DNA from: Longimicrobiales bacterium
Lineage (GTDB): Bacteria > Gemmatimonadota > Gemmatimonadetes > Longimicrobiales > Gaopeijiaceae
Assembly (NCBI GenBank): GCA_965248195.1
Contig: CBDFIQ010000002.1
Coordinates: forward strand, 2,304,001 to 2,368,000
Direction: 5' to 3'
Length of the DNA: 64,000 bases
The notes below the pieces were generated by a model, which was not told the origin of the DNA, did no database searches, and worked only from the letters and a program-made list of their open reading frames with translations. The position numbers and the translations under genes were made by a program. Shown here in pieces: positions 30,887 to 42,042 of this stretch. How positions within the stretch are numbered: position 1 is the stretch's first letter; each line of letters starts with the position of its first letter.

Positions 30887-32119
30887 ATGTCCAGTGACAA
30901 ACATCTACGTTGCAGTTTTTGCGGTAAGTCGAAGGAAACGGTCAAGAAGTTCATTTCCGGCCCCTCCGTCTACATCTGTAACGAGTGTATTTCACTCTGT
31001 AATGAGATCCTCGCCGAGGAGGAAGATCACGAGGCGTCAGAGTCCGCAATCCCGAGTCCCACCCCGCAGGAAATCAAGTACGTCCTGGATCAATACGTCA
31101 TCGGGCAGGAGGGCGCGAAACGGGCGCTCGCCGTGGCCGTCTACAACCATTACAAGCGGGTCAACAACCAGGGCGTGCTCGACGAAGTCGAGATCGATAA
31201 GGCCAACATTCTCCTGATCGGGCCCACCGGCGTCGGTAAAACGCTGCTCGCACAGACGTTGGCTCGGATCCTCCATGTACCGTTCACGATCGCGGACGCC
31301 ACGACGCTCACCGAAGCGGGATACGTCGGCGAAGACGTTGAGAACATCCTGGTTCGGCTGCTCCAGGCCGCCGATTTCAACGTGGCCGAGTGCGAACGCG
31401 GGATCGTCTACATCGACGAGATGGACAAGATCGCGCGGAAGTCCGAGAACCCGTCGATCACGCGGGACGTGTCGGGAGAGGGTGTCCAACAGGCGCTGCT
31501 CAAGATCCTGGAGGGCACCGTGGCGTCAGTCCCGCCCCAGGGGGGTCGAAAACATCCGCAGCAGGAGTACATCCAACTCGACACCCGGAACATCCTGTTC
31601 ATTTGTGGAGGCGCTTTCGACGGCCTGGAGCAGATCATCGAGGCCCGTCTTGGCAGACGGCGCATCGGGTTCGGTGAGAAGACTACCGGGGAAGAACGAG
31701 ACGAGCTTCTGCCATTTGTCGAGCCCGAGGATCTCAAGCAGTTCGGCCTCATCCCCGAACTCGTGGGACGCCTCCCGGTGGCGGTCCACTTGACCGACCT
31801 GGACGAAAACTCATTGGTGCGGATCCTGGAGGAGCCGAAGAACGCACTGGTCAAACAGTATCGGAAGATGTTCGAGCTCGAAGGCATCGGCCTCACCTTC
31901 GACAAAGAGGCGTTGCGCACGATCGCCAAGAAGACACTGGACCGCGGGACCGGCGCGCGGGGCCTGCGGTCCGTGATCGAGGACTTCATGCGGGACGTCA
32001 TGTTCGAGGTCCCCTCTCGAACGGATGTCCGAGAGGTGGTCGTCACGGCCGACTGTATAGACAAGGCCGTGCCACCGCTGCTGGTACTCCACCCGGAGAC
32101 GCAGAAAAAAGAGGCCTGA
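30887..32119 (+). CDS. clpX: ATP-dependent Clp protease ATP-binding subunit
   Basis: CSFCG..ICNEC zinc finger, [26 protein letters not shown] loop. Confidence 0.99.
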   Translation: MSSDKHLRCSFCGKSKETVKKFISGPSVYICNECISLCNEILAEEEDHEASESAIPSPTPQEIKYVLDQYVIGQEGAKRALAVAVYNHYKRVNNQGVLDEVEIDKANILLIGPTGVGKTLLAQTLARILHVPFTIADATTLTEAGYVGEDVENILVRLLQAADFNVAECERGIVYIDEMDKIARKSENPSITRDVSGEGVQQALLKILEGTVASVPPQGGRKHPQQEYIQLDTRNILFICGGAFDGLEQIIEARLGRRRIGFGEKTTGEERDELLPFVEPEDLKQFGLIPELVGRLPVAVHLTDLDENSLVRILEEPKNALVKQYRKMFELEGIGLTFDKEALRTIAKKTLDRGTGARGLRSVIEDFMRDVMFEVPSRTDVREVVVTADCIDKAVPPLLVLHPETQKKEA

Positions 32120-32229
32120 GCCCTTCCCCACAGTTGTTCCCCGGCGTAGGATGCGCGCAGCCGGTCCAACCTCCCGAGAGCGGCCCGCACCTATGTGAGC
32201 TTGAATTCACGTATCTGAAGTACGCTTAA

Positions 32230-32532
32230 GAAGGCTGTTGAAGGAGTACAGCGGGTCGCGCACAGGGCGCTTGTGCGCGTTCAGACAAGGAACGACGACG
32301 AGGCGTAGCAGAGCTACGCCGAGGAGGAGAGACGCAGGATCAACCGCACAACCGCCCTGTGCCCTCCACCATTTATGACATAAGCTTACACGTTGATGGG
32401 TTGCGGTGGCACGGCCCCATCTCCGTTGTTGGAGCTCCTAGCCATAGCTACGGCTATGGCGTCGTCGCTCCGCCTAGGGTCTGGGACCGTGGCATCCGCA
32501 ACGCGGCCCACTGTACTCCTTCAACAGCCTTC
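32230..32532. mobile_element. MITE-like element, 303 bp, with 31-bp TIRs and two internal long hairpins
   Basis: GAAGGCTGTTGAAGGAGTACAGCGGGTCGCG (32230-32260) versus the inverted copy at 32502-32532, 29/31 identical; no credible ORF inside. Confidence 0.8.
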
Positions 32533-32542
32533 ACGGAGCTGA

Positions 32543-34993
32543 ATGGCGACACTGATCCGGGTCGACCAGAGCTACGAGATCCCAGACCAGCTTCCCGTGG
32601 TCGCGCTTCGGGACCTGGTCTTCTTCCCTTACATGGTCCTGCCCCTGCTGATCGGCCGACCGCCGTCGCTCGCCGCGCTGGAGGCGGCCGAGAAGGGCGA
32701 AGGATTTATCCTCCTCCTGGCGCAAAGGGACGTTCAGGTGGAGGACCCTTCCAAAGACGACGTGCACCGCGTCGGGGTCGTTGCGCAGGTCCTACAGGTG
32801 TCGCGACTTTCGGACGGGAACGCACGCGTCGTACTCGAAGGCATCGGGCGCTGTAGGGTTCGTCGCTTCCTGAAATCTCAAGTCGGGTTTGCGGCGTCGA
32901 TCGAGCCCTTCGTCGCAGAGGAACGAGCGGAGGGGCGGGAGCCGAGCGAGGAGGAGGCGCTCGCCCGAGGCGTCCTTCGGCTCTTTCACGAGTATGTCCA
33001 TCTGTGTGATCGCGTCCCAGACGATGTGTCGAGCTCGATTTCCCTCGAGGGCGACCGGCTTCGCTCGGCCCATTTGATCTCCGGACATTTGCTGGTGCTT
33101 CCCAGCGAGAAGCAAGAGCTTCTCGAATCTCCCGCCCTCGCGCCATATTACGGGCTACTGAGAGAGATCCTGGTGCGCGAGTTGGAGATTCTGCGCATCG
33201 AAGAGAAGCTGGATGCCCAGATCCGCATGCAGCTCGACTCGGATCACCGCCAGATCTACCTCCAGGAGCAGTTGAAGGCGATTCACAACGAGCTCGGGGC
33301 CGACCCCCAGGATGAGTGGTCGGATCTCGCGGCGGCGGTGGTGTCCGCTTCCCTACCCCCACAAGCCCGTGAGCGTGCGGAACGCGAACTCAATCGCCTC
33401 GAAAAATTGAATCCGGTCGCACCCGAGGCCGCGGTGATTCGAACCTACCTCGACTGGATCTTGGAACTCCCGTGGACGGAACGCAGAGAGGACAATCTCG
33501 ACGTCGAGCATGCATCAGCCACGATCGATGAGGCCCATTACGCGCTGGCTGAGGTGAAGGATCACATTCTCGACCATATCGCTGTCCTGTCGCTGGTCGG
33601 TGAGCTGAAGGGACCCATCCTCTGCCTGGTTGGCCCACCCGGGGTCGGCAAGACCTCTCTCGGCCGCAGTATCGCCACGGCTCTCGGCCGAGAATTCCTC
33701 CGCGTCAGCTTGGGGGGCATCCGAGACGAGGCCGAGATCCGCGGTCACCGGCGCACCTACGTCGGTGCCTTGCCTGGAAGGGTGCTCCAGGGAATGCGCC
33801 GCAGCGGGACCATCAACCCGGTTTTCCTCCTCGATGAGATCGACAAGTTGGCCCATGACTTCCATGGCGATCCCGGTGCAGCCCTCCTGGAGGTCCTGGA
33901 CCCGGAGCAGAACAAGACGTTCACGGACCACTACCTGGAGTTGGAATACGACCTCTCCGATGTCTTGTTCGTTGCCACCGCCAACACGCTCGGTGGGATA
34001 CCGGAGCCGCTTCGGGACCGCATGGAGATCATCCGTCTTCCAGGATACCTGGACACCGAGAAGCTCGCGATCGCCCTGCGATTCCTCTGGCCCCACCAGG
34101 CGATGCGCCATGGCCTACCGACCGACCTGGACCTGACCGAGGGAGCGGCCAAGGCCATCATCCGGAGGTATACGCGGGAGGCGGGTGTCCGAGAGCTGGA
34201 CCGCCGTATATCTCGCGTCGCCCGAAAACTCGCCCGACGAAGGGCCGAAGAGGGCCCGCCTAAGGGTGACGACGCTGCGGCGAGCGCGGGCGATCGGTCG
34301 GCCAAAACCCCTGGAATCGGCGAGGACGACCTAAAGGCTCTTTTGGGCCCGCCGCTCTATCTGGATCGCAGCAAGGACGATGGTGAGCGCTCCGGAATGG
34401 CCAACGGGCTGGCGTGGACGGAAGCGGGAGGTGTTGTGCTCGACGTCGAGGTGGCGGTGGTGCCGGGCTCGGGCCAAGTGCAGCTCACTGGCACGCTCGG
34501 AGACGTGATGAAGGAGTCCGCCTTCGCGGCGGTCACCTACGCCCGTTCACGCGCCACCCGGCTCGGGCTCGATCCACAGTTCCATAAGGACGTCGACATC
34601 CATATCCACATCCCGGAGGGTGCGACCCCGAAGGATGGTCCGTCTGCCGGAATCACCATCGCCACGGCGCTGATCTCGGCGCTCACCGGGACGCCGTCAC
34701 GGGCCGACGTGGCCATGACCGGAGAGATCACACTTCGAGGGCGCGTCCTGGCTGTCGGAGGGGTCAAGGAGAAGGCTGTGGCCGCGCTCCGGGAGGGATT
34801 GAGTAAGGTTCTGCTGCCGGCCGCCAACGCGCCGGAGTTGGAGCTCATGCCTGAGGAGGTGATCGACGGATTGGAGTTCGTGCCGGTCCGTACGATGGAC
34901 GAGGTCCTGAACCAGGCGCTCACGGCGGTACCGGAAGCCCGGCGGAGCTTCGCTGAGGGTGGGAGTTCGGTCGGAACCCACCTTTCGCAATAG
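32543..34993 (+). CDS. lon: Lon protease
   Basis: GPPGVGKTS, RGHRRTYVGA, DEIDK, PKDGPSAG, GGVKEK. Confidence 0.99.
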   Translation: MATLIRVDQSYEIPDQLPVVALRDLVFFPYMVLPLLIGRPPSLAALEAAEKGEGFILLLAQRDVQVEDPSKDDVHRVGVVAQVLQVSRLSDGNARVVLEGIGRCRVRRFLKSQVGFAASIEPFVAEERAEGREPSEEEALARGVLRLFHEYVHLCDRVPDDVSSSISLEGDRLRSAHLISGHLLVLPSEKQELLESPALAPYYGLLREILVRELEILRIEEKLDAQIRMQLDSDHRQIYLQEQLKAIHNELGADPQDEWSDLAAAVVSASLPPQARERAERELNRLEKLNPVAPEAAVIRTYLDWILELPWTERREDNLDVEHASATIDEAHYALAEVKDHILDHIAVLSLVGELKGPILCLVGPPGVGKTSLGRSIATALGREFLRVSLGGIRDEAEIRGHRRTYVGALPGRVLQGMRRSGTINPVFLLDEIDKLAHDFHGDPGAALLEVLDPEQNKTFTDHYLELEYDLSDVLFVATANTLGGIPEPLRDRMEIIRLPGYLDTEKLAIALRFLWPHQAMRHGLPTDLDLTEGAAKAIIRRYTREAGVRELDRRISRVARKLARRRAEEGPPKGDDAAASAGDRSAKTPGIGEDDLKALLGPPLYLDRSKDDGERSGMANGLAWTEAGGVVLDVEVAVVPGSGQVQLTGTLGDVMKESAFAAVTYARSRATRLGLDPQFHKDVDIHIHIPEGATPKDGPSAGITIATALISALTGTPSRADVAMTGEITLRGRVLAVGGVKEKAVAALREGLSKVLLPAANAPELELMPEEVIDGLEFVPVRTMDEVLNQALTAVPEARRSFAEGGSSVGTHLSQ

Positions 34994-34994
34994 C

Positions 34995-35600
34995 GTGAAG
35001 GTTCGGACCGTCGAATTCGCCGGGAGCCTGTTCGACACCGACGCGCCGGTTCCTGGAGACCTTCCTCAGGTCGCGTTCTCCGGCCGCTCCAACGTCGGCA
35101 AGTCGTCACTCATCAACGTGCTTCTTAGACGCACGCAGAAGAAGCTCGCGCGCGTATCCGCGACACCGGGCAAGACGCGGTCCCTCAATTTTTACCTGGT
35201 GAATGACCGCTTCTTCCTTGTCGACCTTCCGGGCTTCGGCTTCGCCAGGGTCTCCTCCCGTGTGAGGCGGTCCTGGAAGACGCTCGTCGAGGATTATCTC
35301 GTAGGGGAACCGAAGCTCCGTGGCGTCGTACATCTAGTAGATGCCCGCCACGACCCCACCATCACCGATCTCGAAATGGTGGAGTTCCTCGCAGAGAAAG
35401 GCCTGCCGACCTTGGTGGTGCTCACGAAGATGGACAAGCTCAAGCGTATGGCCAGGGAGAGAACCGTGACGGAGGCCGTGGAACGACTGAATATCGATGA
35501 GGATCAGGTGCTTGGCTTTTCATCCAAAACGGGCGAAGGACGCGAGGAGTTACTGACAGCACTCGACCATCTGATCGGCGTAGACGAGGACGGACATTGA
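34995..35600 (+). CDS. engB: Ribosome biogenesis GTPase YihA/YsxC (EngB)
   Basis: GRSNVGKSSLIN, PGKT, DLPGFG, TKMDK; GTG start 34995 follows the lon stop. Confidence 0.96.
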   Translation: MKVRTVEFAGSLFDTDAPVPGDLPQVAFSGRSNVGKSSLINVLLRRTQKKLARVSATPGKTRSLNFYLVNDRFFLVDLPGFGFARVSSRVRRSWKTLVEDYLVGEPKLRGVVHLVDARHDPTITDLEMVEFLAEKGLPTLVVLTKMDKLKRMARERTVTEAVERLNIDEDQVLGFSSKTGEGREELLTALDHLIGVDEDGH

Positions 35601-36226
35601 GCGGTAAGGTGGGCGGGACGTGTGCGCTTGTCGGGGCCATTCTGGTTATTCTCAGCGGCTGCGGGGCCGTCGGCACGGGAACTGGCCAGTCGGCGCCGCC
35701 GCCCGGCCGCGGAGGCGCGGATGCACTCGTCCCACCTGGATATGGGACCCTTACACAGGCCCAGTTCACGCTCGAGTTAGAGAGCGGCGAGCTCCAGATC
35801 CAGGTCACACCGCTGGCCGAATCCGTCATTCGACTGGCAGCTCCCGACACGTATCAGCGGCTGACTGGCATCTCGGCGTCGGCCGGTGCGTCCTTGGGGT
35901 CCCGGGCTCAAGAGGAAAGCCCCCTTTTCCTCGTGTCGATGTTCAGTCGAGCCCCAACGGTCACGTACGAGCCCGAGAATCTCCATATCGTTAACGGTGG
36001 ACTCAGGTACCGTTCCACAGCCATCCAGGCGATCACCCCCGGCTGGGGAGGACAACGCCTTCGGCAACAGGAGACCCAACTTGCCGTCTACGCCTTCGAT
36101 CCGGGCATCGAGCTGGAGATCGCCCTGATCGTAGAGTACGAGGGCGTCAGCGATACGTCCTGGCAAACCATCCTCAATCGGCTCGAAGCGGAGCGGGCTC
36201 GCGTGCGGGCTCGGGTCGGCGCTTGA
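35597..36226 (+). CDS. Hypothetical lipoprotein
   Basis: Signal ending LSGC; overlaps the engB stop; coherent codon usage. Confidence 0.7.
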   Translation: MSGKVGGTCALVGAILVILSGCGAVGTGTGQSAPPPGRGGADALVPPGYGTLTQAQFTLELESGELQIQVTPLAESVIRLAAPDTYQRLTGISASAGASLGSRAQEESPLFLVSMFSRAPTVTYEPENLHIVNGGLRYRSTAIQAITPGWGGQRLRQQETQLAVYAFDPGIELEIALIVEYEGVSDTSWQTILNRLEAERARVRARVGA

Positions 36227-36278
36227 GAGGCATCGGCACTCCCGGTGGCTCGCAAACTTCTGGAACACTGCATTAGGT

Positions 36279-37910
36279 CTAATCGGCGTCTTCCTCGTCC
36301 ATCCCGAATTTCTTGATCTTGCGATAAAGCGTCCGCTCGCCGATGGCAAGCATCTGGGCCGCCTTTCGGCGGTTTCCACGAACCTCCACCAGCGCCGCGG
36401 CAATCGCCGCCCGCTCCAGATCCTCCATGGTCATCCCCGGCCGATACACGACTGCCCCGCCCCCGAGCGCCTCCCGCGGCCCGTCTCCGGTTGAGATCTC
36501 GATCGGCTCCTCAACGTCCCAGGACTCGTCCAAGACGCCGGCGGCGGGTCGAACACCGATCTCTACTCTCCCCTCGCGGCTCGGATAGGTGTCCACGGGC
36601 GCGGCAGCGCCTGGCTGTGGTGACTGGTAGGCCTCGAACTCCTTTCGGAGGTCGTCCACGTCCATTCGAAGATCGACCAGGGTCCGGAAGATAAACTCCA
36701 ACTCGGGCCTGATTCCCTGAGTGCCCGCGCCTTCCAACGCCCCTGAACTCCCTGCGGCGAAGGGAACAAGGGCAGCGGTGCCCGGTGCGTTCCCCCGAAC
36801 GTCCGAAGGGATATCATTGGGCAGAACCCGCCGTCCCGGCGCGAGGACGACCATACTCTCGACCAGGTTCTGTAATTCGCGGATGTTCCCGGGCCAATAG
36901 TAGTCCTGGAGGATCTCCATGGCCTCTTGAGAAATTCCCTCGAACCGACGGTCGTGACGCCTACTGGCATCCTCGATGAAGGCGTCCACCAGCAGGGGGA
37001 TGTCCTCTCGCCTCCGGCGGAGCGGAGGGAGCTCGATATGCAACACGTTCAGCCGATAGAAGAGGTCTTTTCGGAACTGGCCCAAGGCCACGAGCTGCTT
37101 CAGGTCCTGGTTGGTGGCCGTGACGATGCGGATATCGACGCGAATCACGTCCTCACCACCCACGCGACGGAACTCGCGCTGCTCGAGGACCCGAAGGAGC
37201 TTGGTCTGCGTGGCCCCCGGCATCTCCCCGATCTCGTCCAGGAAAATGGTCCCTTTGTCGGCCAACTCGAAGAGCCCACGTCGGGAATCGATCGCGCCTG
37301 TGAAGGCTCCCTTTTCATGACCGAAAAGTTCGCTTTCCAAGAGAGTCTCAGAGAGTGCGGCAACGTTTACCGCGATGAACGGCCGGTGGCGCCTCGACGA
37401 GAGATGATGGATTCCTCGCGCGACTAACTCCTTACCTGTTCCCGACTCACCAGTGATGAGCACCGTGGACGCCACCGGCGCGAACTGCACGACCCGCTCC
37501 AGAACCTCCTTCATCGCGTCGGTTTCACCGACGATGCCGGCTGACGCCTGGAGCCGACGACGTTCGATTACCGAACGAGCAACGAAAACAACGTCGTCGG
37601 CACGAACAACGTCAGAGAAGACCTCCAGGTACGCGGCAGCCAGCCTGGGGATTAGCTCAGCATCTTCCACGATCGCGAAGGCCGGAGCTTTCGATTCGGC
37701 GCGGACACGGCCGACCAGGCCGCGGGCGGTGGCGGTGGCTGGGGACCCGGTTATGACCAGCAATTCGATTGGGGGTCCTCCACTCACGTCTTCGTCCGGG
37801 GTGACCAGCTCTGCGTCGTACCCGGCGCCCTGGAACGCCTTCCTGAGCTCCCCCGCCCGCTCCAAATGATGGGTCGAGACGAGCACCCTGCCCTCATCGG
37901 CGCCGCTCAT
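36279..37910 (-). CDS. Sigma54-dependent Fis-family transcriptional activator with degenerate receiver domain
   Basis: [39 protein letters not shown]-terminal HTH ([20 protein letters not shown]). Confidence 0.95.
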   Translation of the reverse strand: MSGADEGRVLVSTHHLERAGELRKAFQGAGYDAELVTPDEDVSGGPPIELLVITGSPATATARGLVGRVRAESKAPAFAIVEDAELIPRLAAAYLEVFSDVVRADDVVFVARSVIERRRLQASAGIVGETDAMKEVLERVVQFAPVASTVLITGESGTGKELVARGIHHLSSRRHRPFIAVNVAALSETLLESELFGHEKGAFTGAIDSRRGLFELADKGTIFLDEIGEMPGATQTKLLRVLEQREFRRVGGEDVIRVDIRIVTATNQDLKQLVALGQFRKDLFYRLNVLHIELPPLRRRREDIPLLVDAFIEDASRRHDRRFEGISQEAMEILQDYYWPGNIRELQNLVESMVVLAPGRRVLPNDIPSDVRGNAPGTAALVPFAAGSSGALEGAGTQGIRPELEFIFRTLVDLRMDVDDLRKEFEAYQSPQPGAAAPVDTYPSREGRVEIGVRPAAGVLDESWDVEEPIEISTGDGPREALGGGAVVYRPGMTMEDLERAAIAAALVEVRGNRRKAAQMLAIGERTLYRKIKKFGMDEEDAD

Positions 37911-38416
37911 TCGGGACCCATGGGCTTCGCGGAGCTCGGATGTCCAGTGGCCTCGCCCCGCAACAGTTCCACGATGTGTGGAAGAAGCCCCTCGATCGCC
38001 TCAAGGCCGTCGCGGACACCGCCGGGGCTCCCCGGAAGGTTCGCCACAAAGGTCCGGCCCCGGGATCCCGCAAGCCCCCTCGATAACACCGCGGTCGGCG
38101 TCTCGGGCAACCCCTGTCTTCGAATGGCATCGGCCAACCCGGGCGCCTCCTTATCCAGCACCCCTCTTGTGGCTTCCGGCGTCACGTCACGCGGGGAAAA
38201 GCCCGTACCCCCGGTGGTCAGCACGACGTCGACATCTCCGGAATCGGCCCACTGCACGAGCTGCGGAATGATCTGTTCGGTCTCATCGGGTACGACGCTT
38301 CGATGTATCAGCTCGTATTCGCATCGGGCGCACCACAGCGCGATCAGGTCACCACTCCGATCCTCCCGCTCACCGGAAAAGCAGCCGTCGCTCACCGTCA
38401 GAACCGCTACCCGCAT
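37907..38416 (-). CDS. mog: Molybdopterin adenylyltransferase Mog/MoaB
   Basis: [31 protein letters not shown]. Confidence 0.93.
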   Translation of the reverse strand: MRVAVLTVSDGCFSGEREDRSGDLIALWCARCEYELIHRSVVPDETEQIIPQLVQWADSGDVDVVLTTGGTGFSPRDVTPEATRGVLDKEAPGLADAIRRQGLPETPTAVLSRGLAGSRGRTFVANLPGSPGGVRDGLEAIEGLLPHIVELLRGEATGHPSSAKPMGPE

Positions 38417-38421
38417 ACTAG

Positions 38422-38438
38422 AGGCCTGTTGAAGAAGT
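38422..38438 (+). repeat. Solo MITE-type terminal repeat (AGGCCTGTTGAAGAAGT) after CTAG
   Basis: Similar to the TIR at 32230; lies in the gcvT-mog spacer. Confidence 0.5.
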
Positions 38439-38450
38439 AAACGGCCCGAT

Positions 38451-39560
38451 TCACCGTCGAACCGAGCCCTCGGTATAGAACGGAAGCCGGGTGACCACGC
38501 CGGGAATCACCTCGTCGCGGATGCGAACCCCGACTTCGGTATCGGGATTGATCAACTCGGCGGGCACGTAACCCAGCGCGACGCCGTAGCCGAGACTCGG
38601 GCTCACGGTCCCGCTGGTCACCGATCCCACCTCGTTCCCCTCATGGACAATGGGGTATCCGGGCCGCGGAAAGCCCCGCTCAGTCAGGCGAATTCCGACA
38701 AGTCTGTGGGGAACGCCCTCTTTCCTTTGCCGCACCAACGCATCGCGCCCGGAAAACTCTCCCTTATCCCATTTCACCACCCACCCGAGCCGGCCCGCCA
38801 GGGGCGTGTGTTCCTCGTCGAGGTCGTTGCCGTAAAGCGCGAAGCCCACCTCGAGCCGTAGGGAGTCCCGGGCTCCGAGCCCGGCCGGGAGTAGCCCGGC
38901 CCCCCCACCCCGCTCGAACAGAGCATTCCAGACCGCGACCGCATCGGCCTCGGCCACGTACAGCTCGAAGCCATCCTCTCCCGTGTATCCGGTCCGACTG
39001 ATCGTCGCGGCACACCCCGCTACGATCCCTTCCGTGAAATGGTAATATGCGATGCCATTCAGATTCGCGTCCGTGAGGGGATCGAGTATCTCCTGGGCAC
39101 GGGGGCCTTGGAGAGCCAAGAGGCCCATGTCGTCCGACCGGTCCTCCAAGGTCACATCGAGGCCCTCTACATGCTCCAAAATCCACACCCAGTCTTGATC
39201 CCGTCGGGAGGCGTTCACCACCAACATGTAGTGATCAGCCATACGATAGACGACGAGATCGTCGCGGATGCCTCCGTCCTCGGCGCACATGGCGGAGTAT
39301 TGGCACTGACCCACTGCCAGGCTCGCGGCGTCATTGACGCTCACGCGCTGAACCAGATCGATCGCTTGGGGGCCGTGGATCAGGAACTCGCCCATATGAG
39401 AAACGTCGAAGAGGCCCGCCACCTCACGCACGGCGTGGTGCTCCGCCGTGATTCCCGCCGGGTACTGGACCGGCATCTCGTATCCGGCGAACGGCACCAT
39501 CTTGGCCCCAAGACCCAGATGCACATCATGGAGGGGAGTTTTCTTAAGCGTGTCGTTCAT
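38451..39560 (-). CDS. gcvT: Glycine cleavage system aminomethyltransferase T
   Basis: [41 protein letters not shown]. Confidence 0.98.
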   Translation of the reverse strand: MNDTLKKTPLHDVHLGLGAKMVPFAGYEMPVQYPAGITAEHHAVREVAGLFDVSHMGEFLIHGPQAIDLVQRVSVNDAASLAVGQCQYSAMCAEDGGIRDDLVVYRMADHYMLVVNASRRDQDWVWILEHVEGLDVTLEDRSDDMGLLALQGPRAQEILDPLTDANLNGIAYYHFTEGIVAGCAATISRTGYTGEDGFELYVAEADAVAVWNALFERGGGAGLLPAGLGARDSLRLEVGFALYGNDLDEEHTPLAGRLGWVVKWDKGEFSGRDALVRQRKEGVPHRLVGIRLTERGFPRPGYPIVHEGNEVGSVTSGTVSPSLGYGVALGYVPAELINPDTEVGVRIRDEVIPGVVTRLPFYTEGSVRR

Positions 39561-39596
39561 GCTCTTTCGTCGCACTCGACAGGATTAACGCGCGAA

Positions 39597-41096
39597 TCAG
39601 AGGATGTAGCGCCTCAGGTCAGCGTCGTCCACGATGGCTGAGAGGTTATCCCGAACGAAGTCACGATCCACGACGATCTCTCGTAGGTCGTCTTCGGGGA
39701 GCCCGTAGAGCACCGACTCGAGCAGTGTCGTGAGCACCGTGTGCAGACGGCGCGCCCCGATATTCTCCATTTGGTCGTTCAAAACGGCGGCGAGTCTCGC
39801 CACCTCCTCGATCCCCTCTGAAGTGAAATCGAGCGTGGCGCCCTCAGTCTCCACCAACGCGCGGTATTGATGAACGAGCGCATTCTTTGGCTCCTGGAGA
39901 ATACGGACGAATTCCTCTTCGCCGAGGCTTTTCAGCTCGACCCGAATGGGGAAGCGTCCCTGCAGCTCGGGGATCAGGTCGCTGGGTTTCGCCACGTGGA
40001 ACGCTCCTGCCGCCACGAAGAGCACATGGTCCGTCCGCACGAGACCGTATTTGGTCTGCACCGTCGAGCCCTCGACGATCGGCAGGATGTCGCGCTGCAC
40101 CCCCTCGCGGCTCACATCGGGCCCTGCCCCACTGCGCTCCCCGGCGATCTTGTCGATCTCGTCCAAGAAGACGATCCCCATGTCCTCGGCCCGAATGAGG
40201 GCCTCGTTCACGACCTCGTCCATGTCGATCAAGCGGTCCATCTCGTCCTGGACAAGGATCCTCCGGGCCTCCGAAACAGACACGGTGCGCCGCTTTTTCC
40301 GCTTGGGAAGCATATCCTGGAGCATTTCGGTGAAGTTGTGATCCATGCCCTCCATACCCCCGCCCATCGGCAACACCATGCCCTCAATCGACGCCGTCTG
40401 GGATACCTCGATTTCGACCTCGCGTTCTTCCAGCTTTCCATCCTGCAGGAGCGTCCGGAGCTTTTCCCTCGTTCGTAGGCGGCGTGCCTCGATAACCTCG
40501 TCGGCCTCCCCGCCAACATCCTTCGCCTCGGCGCCCTCCCTGCCCACCACGAAGACGTGTGGGCGCCCCTCACCGCTCTCCGGGACCGCCGGATGCGCAA
40601 CGGTCGGACTCGTCGCCGGCGTAGGGAGAAGAAGGTCCAGAAGGCGCTCTTCGGTCCTCGCATCCGCCAACTCCTCGACATCGTCCTCACGCTCGGCGCG
40701 AACCATGTTGACGGCTACGTCCACCAAATCGCGGATCATCGACTCCACGTCCCGCCCCACGTACCCCACCTCGGTGTATTTCGACGCCTCCACCTTCACG
40801 AACGGTGCCCCCGCCAGACGGGCAAGCCGACGCGCGATCTCGGTCTTCCCGACCCCTGTGGGACCGATCAGGATCAGGTTGTTGGGGAGGATCTCATCGC
40901 GAAGCTCCTCTTCGACCCGCTGCCGGCGCCAACGGTTTCGAAGAGCGATGGCCACGGCCTTCTTGGCTTCGTCCTGACCCACGATGTACTTATCCAGCTC
41001 GGCAACGATCTGGCGAGGCGTGAGTTGGTCCAACCAATCCTCGTCCGACGCGTCGGGCGTATCCACTGAAAGCCGGGGCTCGCTGGATTTTTCCAT
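39597..41096 (-). CDS. hslU: ATP-dependent protease ATPase subunit HslU
   Basis: [36 protein letters not shown]-terminal LRRYIL; start ATG 41096. Confidence 0.98.
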   Translation of the reverse strand: MEKSSEPRLSVDTPDASDEDWLDQLTPRQIVAELDKYIVGQDEAKKAVAIALRNRWRRQRVEEELRDEILPNNLILIGPTGVGKTEIARRLARLAGAPFVKVEASKYTEVGYVGRDVESMIRDLVDVAVNMVRAEREDDVEELADARTEERLLDLLLPTPATSPTVAHPAVPESGEGRPHVFVVGREGAEAKDVGGEADEVIEARRLRTREKLRTLLQDGKLEEREVEIEVSQTASIEGMVLPMGGGMEGMDHNFTEMLQDMLPKRKKRRTVSVSEARRILVQDEMDRLIDMDEVVNEALIRAEDMGIVFLDEIDKIAGERSGAGPDVSREGVQRDILPIVEGSTVQTKYGLVRTDHVLFVAAGAFHVAKPSDLIPELQGRFPIRVELKSLGEEEFVRILQEPKNALVHQYRALVETEGATLDFTSEGIEEVARLAAVLNDQMENIGARRLHTVLTTLLESVLYGLPEDDLREIVVDRDFVRDNLSAIVDDADLRRYIL

Positions 41097-41097
41097 T

Positions 41098-41652
41098 CTA
41101 CACCAACTCCAGAACCGTGATCTCTTGGTTCGTATAGATGCAGATCTCAGCGGCAATCTCGAGGGACCGGCGCACCGTTTCTTTCGCCGATAGCTCTGAA
41201 TGTGCAAGCAGCGCGCGAGCCGCGGCCGTGGCGTATGAGCCGCCAGAGCCGATCGCCAGGACAGGATCGTCGGGTTCGATCACCTCGCCCTGTCCACTGA
41301 CCAGGAAAAGGTGTTCTCGATCGGCCACGAGAAGAAGAGCGTCGAGTCTCCGCAGATAACGGTCCATCCGCCAATCCTTGGCGAGCTCCACCACGGCCTT
41401 GGTCAGGTTCTTCGGAAACCGCTCCAGCTTTTCCTCCAGCTTCTCGAAGAGCGTGAACGCATCGGCGACGGCGCCCGCGAAACCGACGAGCACGCTTCCT
41501 TCCCGAAGCGTCCGCACCTTTTGGGCGGCATTCTTCACGACCGTGTCCCCGATCGTCACCTGGCCGTCGCCCGCAAGCGCAACATGGCCATCGCGCCGCA
41601 CGGCCACGATCGTCGTCGCCCGGAGGTCCAGTCCGCCAGCTCGTTCTGTCAT
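41098..41652 (-). CDS. hslV: ATP-dependent protease peptidase subunit HslV
   Basis: ATTIV, GDGQVT, GFAG, IGSGG, ICIYTN; start ATG 41652. Confidence 0.98.
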   Translation of the reverse strand: MTERAGGLDLRATTIVAVRRDGHVALAGDGQVTIGDTVVKNAAQKVRTLREGSVLVGFAGAVADAFTLFEKLEEKLERFPKNLTKAVVELAKDWRMDRYLRRLDALLLVADREHLFLVSGQGEVIEPDDPVLAIGSGGSYATAAARALLAHSELSAKETVRRSLEIAAEICIYTNQEITVLELV

Positions 41653-41833
41653 GCGGTTCCCTCGACTCACTCGGTGTATCCTGGGTTCCATCATCGTAGA
41701 TCGCGTATCGAAAACCGCCAGCCGGGCCATTCGCCGGGGCCCCGCCCAAACGCTACTCCCCGGGGATCCTACGATACAGCAACACCCTGACCGCACCAAG
41801 CGCCCACCGGCGTCACGGTTGTCCCAACAGTAG

Positions 41834-41925
41834 CGATGGGGTCCATAAGTCGCGATGGGCGGATCTCACCGAGCCTGGGCCGCAGCTCGGCCGACTCTCC
41901 GCGATATAGCTAGGCGGCCCCATCG
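41834..41925. other. Long imperfect intergenic hairpin
   Basis: CGATGGGGTC/GGCCCCATCG outer stem, TCGCG/CGCGA, CCGAGC/GCTCGG inner stem. Confidence 0.55.
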
Positions 41926-41958
41926 GGTCGATCCATAGTGAGTTGCCCGTGTCTTCCC

Positions 41959-41987
41959 TTGCCTGCCGTCGGGACGACAGGTACGAT
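41959..41987 (+). promoter_or_regulatory. Putative sigma70 promoter for the NHL/PAL-like gene
   Basis: TTGCCT-N17-TACGAT. Confidence 0.45.
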
Positions 41988-42042
41988 TTTGCCAGACGCC
42001 CGTCGAGCGGGCGTCATCAGCAGATTCCCCGGGAGGTGTTTC

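Noticed and set aside
32371..32400. dif-like site (ATTTATGACATAA...)
   Set aside because: Only one arm resembles a XerD box; there is no XerC arm after a 6-bp spacer.
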